Virus record (IMG/VR): IMGVR_UViG_3300046167_000659
Location: 2,608-66,607 of that record
Source of the DNA: a virus
DNA: 64,000 nt
Reading direction: 5' to 3' (one strand)
A model generated the notes under the pieces. It ran no database searches. It was not told where the DNA came from and was given only the letters and a program-made list of their open reading frames with translations. A program made the position numbers and the translations under genes. How positions within the stretch are numbered: the first letter of the stretch is position 1; every line of letters begins with the position of its first letter. This document shows positions 17,354 through 28,554 of the stretch, piece by piece.

Positions 17354-17790
17354 GAATAGAAGCAAATGATTTGCGAGAATTAAATTTATTAAAGTATTAC
17401 AGGCTTGTCAGAAGATGGGCCTGTAAAACTTATGATTTAAAAGATGCTGATCTAGAATTACTAATATATTTAGATTGTAAAGTACATTTTACACGTAATG
17501 ATTTTATAGATGGTGTTTATACTTACTCTTGGGATAAAGCAAGATGGGAGCGCTTGCGTAAAGGCGGATGGATTGATGTTTGGCGTGAACGTAATAGAAC
17601 TACTATTAAATATAGTGTGTACAAAACATCGTCAAGATGCAAAAGATTAATAAACAGAATATATAGAATATTGCTAGCGGAAGAGGATTTACCTACTTCA
17701 CATGCAAGCGTGTTTTACAAAAACAAGACATATACAGATAAAGTCTTTAATAAGGCTATTGATGATATGATAAAAGACAAAGAAAGATAA
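17350..17790 (+). CDS. Hypothetical protein, possibly winged-helix
   Basis: 146-aa ORF; DLELLIYL...RLRKGGWIDVW. Confidence 0.6.
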   Translation: MRIEANDLRELNLLKYYRLVRRWACKTYDLKDADLELLIYLDCKVHFTRNDFIDGVYTYSWDKARWERLRKGGWIDVWRERNRTTIKYSVYKTSSRCKRLINRIYRILLAEEDLPTSHASVFYKNKTYTDKVFNKAIDDMIKDKER

Positions 17791-17792
17791 CT

Positions 17793-19581
17793 ATGAAAGC
17801 TAACAACCCAATTACAGCTAGAGTACAAGCTGCATTCAAAAACTTAACCACACCAACCAACCAAGAGGTTACATTAAACGCTGATGGTTCAGGAGGTCCT
17901 ATTGTAGCTCCAGACGGAAGAGTTGTTAATAAACCAAAGAAAAAACAAAAGTCTTCTACAGAAGATTGTGGATGTGCTGGTAGTGCTAAAGGTGCTGCGG
18001 CTCCTGCAAAAAACTATAAAAAAGGTTACTACGGAAAATAATGGCGTTTAAACTTAAAACTAAAGGCGAAATATTCGGGTACAACGAAGAGCTTTCTGAA
18101 TGGGGTAGACCTGTTTTTGAAAAAGACTTAAAAGGTAACATTATGGCTGAGGCTAATAATGATGGTACAACTTTCATAGATAAAAGCTTATCACCTTCTC
18201 AAAAGAAAGAGGCTGTTGAACACGAAAATGTGCATCACTGCCAAATGAAGCAAGGTAGATTACACTACGACGACAATATGGTAACTTGGAAAAAAGATAC
18301 TAAGTCGCCTTCTAGAGTGTATAAGAGAGATCAAGGTAATTTAATAGCTATGGATTCCGGTCAAAAAGATGTCGAGGGCGGCAACTTTGAGTGGGAAGAC
18401 GAAGCTTACTCATAACAACTAACAACTAACAATAATGAACAAAACAAAACCAATCACGCAGAAAGCTAAAGAATCAGTCGCTGCTAACTGTGATTCGCCT
18501 AATAAATATATGGCTGCTTTAGTGAATGATTTAAAAGGCATGTACCAGAGTAAAGGATTTATAGATGCAGGTAAAGAAATAGGTAAAGGAATAGACAGAG
18601 CTACTCAACTTTCAGAAGACTTCACAGGAGGTATAGGTAGAAAAGGACCAAACGATTAAAACTAATAATATGTATACACCAATAACTAAAAGAGTAAAAG
18701 TAGCTCAACATAAATCTTCTATTGCTAAGCAGACTACTGAAACAGCGCAGACCGCTGATCCATCAGGTAATTTACAATCTACAACAGGAACCGGAACAGG
18801 CTCAACCTACACTCCCCCTGTGGCATATGAAGGAAAAGACGCTTGTGAGGATCCCAATTCAGCTGCGTGCAAGAAATGGACATCTGAGAACGAAAGATGT
18901 AAAGACCCTAACGCGGAAAATTGTAGTGGCTTTAGAAAACATGAAACCGGAACAACTACGCCTGGAAATGCAGATTTTGAATCTAAACCCGTAGTACAAG
19001 ACGCTAAACCAGCTTCAAGAATTGATTTAATGGGACCTCAAGAACTTAGAGGTAATACACGTGCTGGAAAAGTAGCTGCAAGAAACGTGAAAAAAGCTTC
19101 TAAGCAACTTAAGAGAATGCAAAAAAAGTTCAAGGCTGGTAAAATTAATCAAGAAACTTTAACAGCTTATGAAGACGAGCTAAAAAACACTGTTGCAAGA
19201 AGTAAAAACATAGGCCAACAAGCGACTGGCATGCGTAATAGGTATTTGAGCCAAACCATGGATTATGATCGCGATCTAACTAAGGGTAGAGAAGCTGGAC
19301 CTGTTAAAGCCCCAGAAGGAACACAAACAGAAGACGAGTTTAAATCTAGATTTAAAAAAGAGCTAGGTGTTAGCAGCGACTCTACTGCTCCGCAAACTAC
19401 AACAACTCCTACGTCAAGCTTTAGTGCAATGGCATCACAAAACGGCGTTAGCTACAAGCCTATCACATTAGATAATGGAGCTTTGTTTCAAGGATTAGAT
19501 TCATCAATATCAGCTTTTGGTAATAAAGTAAAAAAAGGAACAGTGTCTTTCAAAATGAAAGGCTACGGATCTAAAATATAA
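17793..19581 (+). CDS. Four small/low-complexity basic proteins (17793-18041, 18041-18415 with HExxH, 18435-18659, 18670-19581)
   Basis: Contiguous ORFs; three share an N-terminal PIT[AQK][RK] motif; 18041 has AVEHENVH. Confidence 0.7.
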
Positions 19582-19584
19582 ATT

Positions 19585-19878
19585 ATGGCATACCAGCAAG
19601 AAAACTCACCTTTCGCAAGGGTTAGAAAAACTACTAAAGGTAAGGGAAGGAATTTTAGAACAACAGAAGAAGGCGCTGGTATGACTGAAGCTGGTGTAAA
19701 AAAATATAAAAAACAAAACCCAGGTAGTAAATTAAAAACAGCAGTAACGAAATGCGATGTAAAAGTTGGAACAGCGGCTTATAAAAGACAAAAAGCATTT
19801 TGTTCTAGATCTAAAAGCTGGACAGGTAAAAGAGGTAAAGCTGCTAGAAAAAGATGGTGCTGTAGTAGACATTCTTAA
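19585..19878 (+). CDS. Small basic conserved phage protein (copy 1; copy 2 at 22312-22605)
   Basis: GAGMTEAGVKKY...NPGSKLKTAVT...AFCSRS. Confidence 0.7.
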   Translation: MAYQQENSPFARVRKTTKGKGRNFRTTEEGAGMTEAGVKKYKKQNPGSKLKTAVTKCDVKVGTAAYKRQKAFCSRSKSWTGKRGKAARKRWCCSRHS

Positions 19879-19889
19879 AATATAATAAA

Positions 19890-20030
19890 ATGAAATCAAA
19901 AGGATTAGGGGATTCAGTAGAAAAATTTACAAAAGCAACTGGTATTAAAAAAATTGTTGAAACAGTAAATCCCGACTGCGGCTGTGGTAAAAGAAAAGAT
20001 AAGTTAAATAAAATATTTCCATATAAATGA
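19890..20030 (+). CDS. Small protein GLGD...DCGC (copy 2 at 22617-22757)
   Basis: MKSKGLGDSVEKFTKATGIKKIVETVNPDCGCGKRKDKLN; below the track cut-off. Confidence 0.6.
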   Translation: MKSKGLGDSVEKFTKATGIKKIVETVNPDCGCGKRKDKLNKIFPYK

Positions 20031-20425
20031 AAAAGATTTGGCAATGGCTTACAGGTTCCGTCATAAAAGAAGTTGGCGAGGTTTTAGATAACCTTACGAC
20101 TACTAAAGAAGAGAAACTAGAGGCTCAGCGCTTAATCACAGAGATACTAGAAAAAGCAGATAAAGAAGCTCAAGAGCAGGTTACAGCTAGGTGGAAGTCT
20201 GATATGGAGTCTGATAGCTTTTTATCTAAGAACATACGCCCTATGGTACTTATATACTTAACTGTTATATTTACTGTATGCGCGTTTTTTGACGGTAACG
20301 TAGGAGAGTTCACTATAGCTGAAGAATACGTGCCAATATTTCAAACTTTACTAGTAACTGCATATGGAGCTTATTTTGTAGGTCGTACTTGGGAGAAGGC
20401 GAAAGCTATAACAAAAAAAGATTAA
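20027..20425 (+). CDS. Holin (GTA 3TM-like) (copy 2 at 22754-23152)
   Basis: RWKSDM.SDSFLSKNIRP, hydrophobic helices, AYFVGRTWEK. Confidence 0.75.
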   Translation: MKKIWQWLTGSVIKEVGEVLDNLTTTKEEKLEAQRLITEILEKADKEAQEQVTARWKSDMESDSFLSKNIRPMVLIYLTVIFTVCAFFDGNVGEFTIAEEYVPIFQTLLVTAYGAYFVGRTWEKAKAITKKD

Positions 20426-21142
20426 ATGGCTAGAATTAGTACATACGCAATAGATACAGTAGTAACACTACTAGATAGATGGATTGGCACCGATTCTAAT
20501 AGCGGTAATGCTACAAAAAACTTTACAGCACAATCAATAGCGGACCTGTTTAACGACAATGGCTCCATAGGTATTGTTAATCAAAACAACTTTAAATTTC
20601 AAACCAACCTAACTGGAGGTAGAAGACCAGGTACAGTGAGTCTTATATCTGGAGGTGGAAATAATACTGCCTTTAGTGACTTAACTAGTTTTAGAATAAG
20701 CAAAGATTCTTTAGCTAATACTTTAGCTTCAAACTACCTACTTACACTAGTTGATGAACCAATCATGCTAGCTCAAGTAGATGACTTAAATAATTTTGGC
20801 GTATACAAGCTTGATTCTTTAACACAAGACGTTACTGAAACAGATTTTTATAACGCCAATCTTACATTAATAGAATCAAATGGCTATTTGTTTTCTGAAG
20901 AAACTTATGGTTTAATAACTTATCCTAAAGCTAAAGAAGATGAAAAAGATAAGAACTATGTGCATCCACAAGACCAAGCATCTGCTACGTGGACTGTTCA
21001 ACACGACTTAAACAAATTTCCTTCAGTAACTACCGTTAATACAAATAATATAGAAATGTACGGTGAAGTTGTGTTCAATGACTTAAATAACTTAACAATA
21101 AACTTTTCAGCAGCGTTCTCAGGACAAGCTTTCATAAACTAA
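20426..21142 (+). CDS. Virion structural/fibre-associated protein (copy 2 at 23153-23869)
   Basis: N-terminus shared with the collagen fibre; C-terminal W.V.H.LNKFPSV...F...FSG.AFIN. Confidence 0.65.
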   Translation: MARISTYAIDTVVTLLDRWIGTDSNSGNATKNFTAQSIADLFNDNGSIGIVNQNNFKFQTNLTGGRRPGTVSLISGGGNNTAFSDLTSFRISKDSLANTLASNYLLTLVDEPIMLAQVDDLNNFGVYKLDSLTQDVTETDFYNANLTLIESNGYLFSEETYGLITYPKAKEDEKDKNYVHPQDQASATWTVQHDLNKFPSVTTVNTNNIEMYGEVVFNDLNNLTINFSAAFSGQAFIN

Positions 21143-21155
21143 CAAAAACAAACTA

Positions 21156-22301
21156 ATGGCAATTAATTTTTTAAACAACGTTGATTACAATAAAAATCAA
21201 CTTTTAAACCCAAGAATTCAAAACGAAGCAAACGACACCGCTGCTGGAACACCTGTAGAGGGTCAGTTATATTATAACACAACAAGCAACGTGCTTAAAG
21301 TAGGTAGAGAAGTAACACCTGTTACAAACCCTCCAACTTACCAATGGGCTGAAGTATCGAGCTCTTACGGATTCAGTTTAAGTGATAGTGCAAACCCTGC
21401 TATAACCGGTTCGATAGCATCAGGCGACACTGTTAAAATAGCTGCAACTGAAGATTTAACATCTAATTTAACAGGTGAAACAACTACAGCTAAAACCCTT
21501 ACTGTAGGCTTAAAAGTAGATGGAGGCGTTGGTATATCTGATAATTATGTGGTTAATCAAGGTTCGGCTACAGCTGCAGCGGATGATACAATACCTTTCA
21601 ACAACTACACGGATGTAGGCACTCCTGCTACAAGTACCAATGTGGTTAAGAAAACAACTTTTGGAAGTATACCAGTAGATGCTTTGACATTAGTTAAAAG
21701 CTATATTGATAGCTCTGTTACTGGAGGTTTAATATATCAAGGTGGTTATGATGCAGTCAATAACCAGCCTGATTTAACAACTTCGCCAAACACTATTAAA
21801 AAAGGCTGGACTTACACAGTAACTGTAGGTGACACGTTTTTTGGAGAAGTTCTTGAGGTTGGGGATGTACTTATAGCAGAACAAGATGATCCAAGCTCTT
21901 TAGCGGACTGGACAACAGTTCAAAACAATATAGATATTGCTACAGCTGGAACTGACACTGGCGCTGGCGCCGCTGTCATTGGGATATCTCGCTACGATGA
22001 AGACGACTTTACAGTTAGCGCCTCTGGTTTTGTAGAACTAAAATCAACGTCTGCAACTGGTGTAATTACAGCAGGTTCTTTATCTGGAACTGTGAATCAC
22101 ACTTTTGGATTAAATACATTAGTTCAAACTATAAACTCTTCTGGAGATACAGTGCACTGTGATGTTACTAGAACAACAACAAGTGGAGTGGGAACCCCTT
22201 CAACTTCTGTAGCTACTATAGCTGCAGCAGAAGCAACAGACATTACTATCCTAGTTAAAAAAAGGAACAGTGTCTTTCAAAATGAAAGGCTACGGATCTA
22301 A
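21156..22301 (+). CDS. Fibre/structural protein, copy 1 with C-terminus altered by the duplication junction
   Basis: Identical to 23883-24998 up to ...ITILV. Confidence 0.65.
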   Translation: MAINFLNNVDYNKNQLLNPRIQNEANDTAAGTPVEGQLYYNTTSNVLKVGREVTPVTNPPTYQWAEVSSSYGFSLSDSANPAITGSIASGDTVKIAATEDLTSNLTGETTTAKTLTVGLKVDGGVGISDNYVVNQGSATAAADDTIPFNNYTDVGTPATSTNVVKKTTFGSIPVDALTLVKSYIDSSVTGGLIYQGGYDAVNNQPDLTTSPNTIKKGWTYTVTVGDTFFGEVLEVGDVLIAEQDDPSSLADWTTVQNNIDIATAGTDTGAGAAVIGISRYDEDDFTVSASGFVELKSTSATGVITAGSLSGTVNHTFGLNTLVQTINSSGDTVHCDVTRTTTSGVGTPSTSVATIAAAEATDITILVKKRNSVFQNERLRI

Positions 22302-23882
22302 AATATAAATTATGGCATACCAGCAAGAAAACTCACCTTTCGCAAGGGTTAGAAAAACTACTAAAGGTAAGGGAAGGAATTTTAGAACAACAGAAGAAGG
22401 CGCTGGTATGACTGAAGCTGGTGTAAAAAAATATAAAAAACAAAACCCAGGTAGTAAATTAAAAACAGCAGTAACGAAATGCGATGTAAAAGTTGGAACA
22501 GCGGCTTATAAAAGACAAAAAGCATTTTGTTCTAGATCTAAAAGCTGGACAGGTAAAAGAGGTAAAGCTGCTAGAAAAAGATGGTGCTGTAGTAGACATT
22601 CTTAAAATATAATAAAATGAAATCAAAAGGATTAGGGGATTCAGTAGAAAAATTTACAAAAGCAACTGGTATTAAAAAAATTGTTGAAACAGTAAATCCC
22701 GACTGCGGCTGTGGTAAAAGAAAAGATAAGTTAAATAAAATATTTCCATATAAATGAAAAAGATTTGGCAATGGCTTACAGGTTCCGTCATAAAAGAAGT
22801 TGGCGAGGTTTTAGATAACCTTACGACTACTAAAGAAGAGAAACTAGAGGCTCAGCGCTTAATCACAGAGATACTAGAAAAAGCAGATAAAGAAGCTCAA
22901 GAGCAGGTTACAGCTAGGTGGAAGTCTGATATGGAGTCTGATAGCTTTTTATCTAAGAACATACGCCCTATGGTACTTATATACTTAACTGTTATATTTA
23001 CTGTATGCGCGTTTTTTGACGGTAACGTAGGAGAGTTCACTATAGCTGAAGAATACGTGCCAATATTTCAAACTTTACTAGTAACTGCATATGGAGCTTA
23101 TTTTGTAGGTCGTACTTGGGAGAAGGCGAAAGCTATAACAAAAAAAGATTAAATGGCTAGAATTAGTACATACGCAATAGATACAGTAGTAACACTACTA
23201 GATAGATGGATTGGCACCGATTCTAATAGCGGTAATGCTACAAAAAACTTTACAGCACAATCAATAGCGGACCTGTTTAACGACAATGGCTCCATAGGTA
23301 TTGTTAATCAAAACAACTTTAAATTTCAAACCAACCTAACTGGAGGTAGAAGACCAGGTACAGTGAGTCTTATATCTGGAGGTGGAAATAATACTGCCTT
23401 TAGTGACTTAACTAGTTTTAGAATAAGCAAAGATTCTTTAGCTAATACTTTAGCTTCAAACTACCTACTTACACTAGTTGATGAACCAATCATGCTAGCT
23501 CAAGTAGATGACTTAAATAATTTTGGCGTATACAAGCTTGATTCTTTAACACAAGACGTTACTGAAACAGATTTTTATAACGCCAATCTTACATTAATAG
23601 AATCAAATGGCTATTTGTTTTCTGAAGAAACTTATGGTTTAATAACTTATCCTAAAGCTAAAGAAGATGAAAAAGATAAGAACTATGTGCATCCACAAGA
23701 CCAAGCATCTGCTACGTGGACTGTTCAACACGACTTAAACAAATTTCCTTCAGTAACTACCGTTAATACAAATAATATAGAAATGTACGGTGAAGTTGTG
23801 TTCAATGACTTAAATAACTTAACAATAAACTTTTCAGCAGCGTTCTCAGGACAAGCTTTCATAAACTAACAAAAACAAACTA

Positions 23883-24998
23883 ATGGCAATTAATTTTTTA
23901 AACAACGTTGATTACAATAAAAATCAACTTTTAAACCCAAGAATTCAAAACGAAGCAAACGACACCGCTGCTGGAACACCTGTAGAGGGTCAGTTATATT
24001 ATAACACAACAAGCAACGTGCTTAAAGTAGGTAGAGAAGTAACACCTGTTACAAACCCTCCAACTTACCAATGGGCTGAAGTATCGAGCTCTTACGGATT
24101 CAGTTTAAGTGATAGTGCAAACCCTGCTATAACCGGTTCGATAGCATCAGGTGACACTGTTAAAATAGCTGCAACTGAAGATTTAACATCTAATTTAACA
24201 GGTGAAACAACTACAGCTAAAACCCTTACTGTAGGCTTAAAAGTAGATGGAGGCGTTGGTATATCTGATAATTATGTGGTTAATCAAGGTTCGGCTACAG
24301 CTGCAGCGGATGATACAATACCTTTCAACAACTACACGGATGTAGGCACTCCTGCTACAAGTACCAATGTGGTTAAGAAAACAACTTTTGGAAGTATACC
24401 AGTAGATGCTTTGACATTAGTTAAAAGCTATATTGATAGCTCTGTTACTGGAGGTTTAATATATCAAGGTGGTTATGATGCAGTCAATAACCAGCCTGAT
24501 TTAACAACTTCGCCAAACACTATTAAAAAAGGCTGGACTTACACAGTAACTGTAGGTGACACGTTTTTTGGAGAAGTTCTTGAGGTTGGGGATGTACTTA
24601 TAGCAGAACAAGATGATCCAAGCTCTTTAGCGGACTGGACAACAGTTCAAAACAATATAGATATTGCTACAGCTGGAACTGACACTGGCGCTGGCGCCGC
24701 TGTCATTGGGATATCTCGCTACGATGAAGACGACTTTACAGTTAGCGCCTCTGGTTTTGTAGAACTAAAATCAACGTCTGCAACTGGTGTAATTACAGCA
24801 GGTTCTTTATCTGGAACTGTGAATCACACTTTTGGATTAAATACATTAGTTCAAACTATAAACTCTTCTGGAGATACAGTGCACTGTGATGTTACTAGAA
24901 CAACAACAAGTGGAGTGGGAACCCCTTCAACTTCTGTAGCTACTATAGCTGCAGCAGAAGCAACAGACATTACTATCCTAGTGCAGAAAATAGGGTAA
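23883..24998 (+). CDS. Fibre/structural protein, copy 2 (native end)
   Basis: T/S/G-rich beta protein; EGQLYYNTT; GGLIYQGGYDA. Confidence 0.7.
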   Translation: MAINFLNNVDYNKNQLLNPRIQNEANDTAAGTPVEGQLYYNTTSNVLKVGREVTPVTNPPTYQWAEVSSSYGFSLSDSANPAITGSIASGDTVKIAATEDLTSNLTGETTTAKTLTVGLKVDGGVGISDNYVVNQGSATAAADDTIPFNNYTDVGTPATSTNVVKKTTFGSIPVDALTLVKSYIDSSVTGGLIYQGGYDAVNNQPDLTTSPNTIKKGWTYTVTVGDTFFGEVLEVGDVLIAEQDDPSSLADWTTVQNNIDIATAGTDTGAGAAVIGISRYDEDDFTVSASGFVELKSTSATGVITAGSLSGTVNHTFGLNTLVQTINSSGDTVHCDVTRTTTSGVGTPSTSVATIAAAEATDITILVQKIG

Positions 24999-25020
24999 CA
25001 ATAAAAATAAAATTTAATTT

Positions 25021-28000
25021 ATGAAGTTTAAAAGTAACATAGAGTCTCAAGCTGGTATTGAAGATTCAGCTGGTTCAGCTGGAACCGATGGGAAAATACT
25101 TTCTTCACTAGGAGTAGACGGAAACGGCGTAGCTGGCGTCGAGTGGATAGACCAAGGTGACGTTGTAGCAGGAGAAGCTGATAAAGCTAAGTCTGTTATC
25201 TTAAGAGTTAAAAACTCTACGTTATCTGCAATGACCAAAGGTCAAGTTATATGCGAAAATGTATCTATCTCTCCACCAAGCGGCAACTTAATTGAAGTTG
25301 CTTTAGCTGACAATAACGCTGCAGGCAGAATGCCAGCTTTAGGTATACTAAACGAAGATTTAGATGCGGCTGGCGGTAACAACGACGAGGGTGATGCTAT
25401 CATGTTTGGTAAGGTGTCAGGTATTGATACATCTGCTTTTCAGGTTGGCGACGAGGTGTTTGTAAGTGACGCTCCAGGAGGTCTTACTACTACAAAACCA
25501 ACTGGAGTAAAGTATATTCAAAAAGTAGGTGTTGTAATTAGAGATGATAATACTAATGGTACTATAGAGGTATTTGGCGCGGGACGTGTTAACGACGTGC
25601 CGACTCCATTATATGTAGACCACGCTAACCAGAGATTAGGTATTGGAACAACTACTCCAACTAGTAGACTTCACTCAGTTACTACAAATAGCGGCCCAGT
25701 GGATTACACAAACCGTGCGGCAGTATTAGGAATAAACGATAGTACAGATACATTATACGCTAACTCTGTTGGTGTAGCTGGAAAAGTAAGTACTTCAGGG
25801 GGTTTCGCTATATATGGAGATGCTAGCGGAGCAGGTGGATGGGCTGGATATTTTGATGGTAAAGGATTTTTTTCAGGTAACGTCGGCATTGGAACAACTA
25901 GCCCAAGTGAAAAACTTACTGTTAGAAATGGAACTTCTAATACTGACGTAAAAATACTAGCTTACAATAGCGCCGCTGGAACAGAGGCTACTTTAAAGTT
26001 TAGCACTATTGCTTCTGAAACCAATTATGAAAAAGCAGCTATTATAGCTAGAAATGCAGCGGGTAGTTTTGGAAGAAGTGACATGCACTTTGCTTTAGAC
26101 TCTACAGCTGACTCTGGAAACGTTCAGTTTTCAGACACAAAAATGACCATACTAAACGGCGGCAATGTTGGTATTGGAATTACTGACCCAAGTCATACCC
26201 TCGAAGTTAAAGGTACTGTGCAGATAAAAAATGGAGTCAGCGGTTATTTGTATTTTCATAATACTAATAATTTTATATATGGAGACCAATACAACTCTTT
26301 AAGAGCTTATGCAGGTGACAATTTTAGAATCGTAACAAACACCGGTGAAAGAATGCGTATATTAAGCAATGGTAACGTTGGTATTGGAACTACTAGTCCT
26401 CAAGCTAAACTTCACGTAGCAAACGGTAATTTAAGAACTTGGACACCTAGTTCTGGAACATCAGCTATATTTGAAAGCACAGTCAGCAATAGGAATTTTG
26501 TTACTTTAACAGCAGCTAATGAAGCTGAGCTTTGGTTTGGTAACGCTTCAACTCAAACTTTAGGTAGGATTAGATATGAGATGGCCAATAATAACATGGA
26601 GTTTTGGACCAACGCAACTCAAAAAATGGTTATAAATAGCTCTGGCAACGTTGGTATTAACACTACTGACCCAAAGACAAAACTCCACGTGGCTAGTGCA
26701 AATGGGAGCGACGCTCCTACAGCAGGAACTGCGACTGGAGGACTTTTTGTTTCTAACACAAATAAAACCTACGGCATCAATATGGGTGTTGCAGGCGCCG
26801 GATGGAGTTTTATTCAAAGTCAAAGAGCAGATGGCAATACCACATTATACAACCTAAACCTTCAACCGCTTGGCGGCAACGTTGGAATCGGAACGACTAC
26901 TCCAGACGTTAAGCTTGAAGTGGAATCTACAGCAAGTGCTAGTGGCATAAGAATAAAAAACACTAATAGCGGTTATGCTTCTTTAGATATAGAATCTAAT
27001 AGAGGCACTGGCGCCAATCTAGGTGGTTTAAGATATAAAAAAACAGGACAAGCTAATAGTCAAGCAGAAATTAACTATGTAGCTGGTACTAGATTTGACT
27101 TCTTGTCTGGCTCAGGAACTTCAGCTCCTACTCAAAAACTTTCAATACTTAATAATGGCGATGTTGGTATTGGAACAAACAGCCCTTCAGAGCTATTGCA
27201 TTTACGCTCAACTGGTCCAGCTAGACTACTTATAGAAGCTGATAGCGATAATGTTACCGAAACTGATAATGCCCAAATAATACTAAAGCAAGATGGAGGA
27301 GCAGTTGTAAGCAGATTAGGCTATAAAACAAATACAAACGATTTAGAGTTGTTTAACGAATTTAGTTCTAATATATATTTAGGAACATCAAACTCTATAA
27401 GAGCAACATTGCACGCTAATGGCAATTTCGGTATTGGTACGACTGGTCCTAGAACTAAATTACACGTATCAGGTTTAACAGGTGACGACGATCCATCTTT
27501 AGGATCTTCTACAGCTCCGCTATTTGTTAGTAACACAGCTAACAGCTATGGATTAAATATAGGTGTAAACAATGTTGGGGCTTCTTGGTTGCAAGCTCAA
27601 AGCAATACCTCTGCAACAGCTTATAACATGTTATTAAATCCACTTGGCGGCAACGTAGGTATTGGAATGACTAGTCCAAATTCTAAGCTTTATATACAAG
27701 GATCTACATCTACAACATCTTCTCAGCTAATGAGAATAAGATCTACAGCGTCTTCTACCAGCACTCCGCTACGAATTATAGAATTCATAAGATCTAGCTA
27801 CGCTGTTAGGGGCTACATATCTATGAACCAATACGGGGTTCAATACAATACGAGCTCGGATTATAGACTTAAAGAAAATATTACACCTATAAACGACGCT
27901 CTAGATAGATTAAATAAATTAAAACCTAATAGGTTTAGTTGGAAAGAAGGACCAAGCGATTATAAAGTAGATGGCTTTATAGCTCACGAAGTGGCTGAAG

Positions 28001-28173
28001 TAATACCAGAAGCTGTATCAGGTGAAAAGGATGCGGTTGATGAAAATAATAAACCATCTTATCAAGGAATAGATCAAGCTAAAATAGTACCTTTATTGAC
28101 AGCAGCTCTTCAAGAAGCTGTATCAAAAATAGAACAACTAGAAACAAGAATTCAAAATTTAGAAAATAAATAA
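25021..28173 (+). CDS. Tail fibre with repeated GNVGIGT modules and C-terminal S74 intramolecular chaperone
   Basis: About nine G[ND]VGIG.T.P-type repeats; TSSDYRLKENI...GFIAHEV...IVPLLTAALQE coiled coil. Confidence 0.9.
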   Translation: MKFKSNIESQAGIEDSAGSAGTDGKILSSLGVDGNGVAGVEWIDQGDVVAGEADKAKSVILRVKNSTLSAMTKGQVICENVSISPPSGNLIEVALADNNAAGRMPALGILNEDLDAAGGNNDEGDAIMFGKVSGIDTSAFQVGDEVFVSDAPGGLTTTKPTGVKYIQKVGVVIRDDNTNGTIEVFGAGRVNDVPTPLYVDHANQRLGIGTTTPTSRLHSVTTNSGPVDYTNRAAVLGINDSTDTLYANSVGVAGKVSTSGGFAIYGDASGAGGWAGYFDGKGFFSGNVGIGTTSPSEKLTVRNGTSNTDVKILAYNSAAGTEATLKFSTIASETNYEKAAIIARNAAGSFGRSDMHFALDSTADSGNVQFSDTKMTILNGGNVGIGITDPSHTLEVKGTVQIKNGVSGYLYFHNTNNFIYGDQYNSLRAYAGDNFRIVTNTGERMRILSNGNVGIGTTSPQAKLHVANGNLRTWTPSSGTSAIFESTVSNRNFVTLTAANEAELWFGNASTQTLGRIRYEMANNNMEFWTNATQKMVINSSGNVGINTTDPKTKLHVASANGSDAPTAGTATGGLFVSNTNKTYGINMGVAGAGWSFIQSQRADGNTTLYNLNLQPLGGNVGIGTTTPDVKLEVESTASASGIRIKNTNSGYASLDIESNRGTGANLGGLRYKKTGQANSQAEINYVAGTRFDFLSGSGTSAPTQKLSILNNGDVGIGTNSPSELLHLRSTGPARLLIEADSDNVTETDNAQIILKQDGGAVVSRLGYKTNTNDLELFNEFSSNIYLGTSNSIRATLHANGNFGIGTTGPRTKLHVSGLTGDDDPSLGSSTAPLFVSNTANSYGLNIGVNNVGASWLQAQSNTSATAYNMLLNPLGGNVGIGMTSPNSKLYIQGSTSTTSSQLMRIRSTASSTSTPLRIIEFIRSSYAVRGYISMNQYGVQYNTSSDYRLKENITPINDALDRLNKLKPNRFSWKEGPSDYKVDGFIAHEVAEVIPEAVSGEKDAVDENNKPSYQGIDQAKIVPLLTAALQEAVSKIEQLETRIQNLENK

Positions 28174-28175
28174 AA

Positions 28176-28499
28176 ATGGCAGCAACTTACGATTGGAATT
28201 GTAAAACAGTAGATGTATACCCTCAAGAAGAAGGGCAGACGGATGTAGTATATAACGTACACTGGACAGTAACAGGGGTTAATGGAGATTATTCAGTAAC
28301 TAATATAGGTACTCAAATTGTACCTTTAAATGAAGGTGGTGATTTTATACCATTTAAAGACTTAACTAACGAAATAGTTGTTGAGTGGACAAAAGAAGCT
28401 ATGGGCGAAGAGCAAGTAGCATCTATAGAAGCTAATATTGCTGGTCAAATAGAAGCTTTAATAAACCCAACATCTGTAACAATGACAATAGGGGAGTAA
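28176..28499 (+). CDS. Tail-fibre-associated small protein
   Basis: WNCKTVD...VVYNVHW...FIPF.DLT...V.W; follows the fibre gene. Confidence 0.6.
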   Translation: MAATYDWNCKTVDVYPQEEGQTDVVYNVHWTVTGVNGDYSVTNIGTQIVPLNEGGDFIPFKDLTNEIVVEWTKEAMGEEQVASIEANIAGQIEALINPTSVTMTIGE

Positions 28500-28524
28500 A
28501 TAATTAAGTTTACACGTAATAATA
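28497..28524 (+). promoter_or_regulatory. Putative class-II promoter TAAAT-N13-CGTAATAATA
   Basis: Intergenic, upstream of the packaging operon. Confidence 0.55.
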
Positions 28525-28554
28525 AACTTATAAATAACAATTAAATTTAATAAA

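Larger units (their letters stand above)
19529..24982 (+). repeat. Tandem duplication, 2 x 2727 bp (19529-22255 and 22256-24982)
   Basis: Identical ORFs offset by 2727 nt; one difference seen (C21425 vs T24152, synonymous). Confidence 0.95.
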
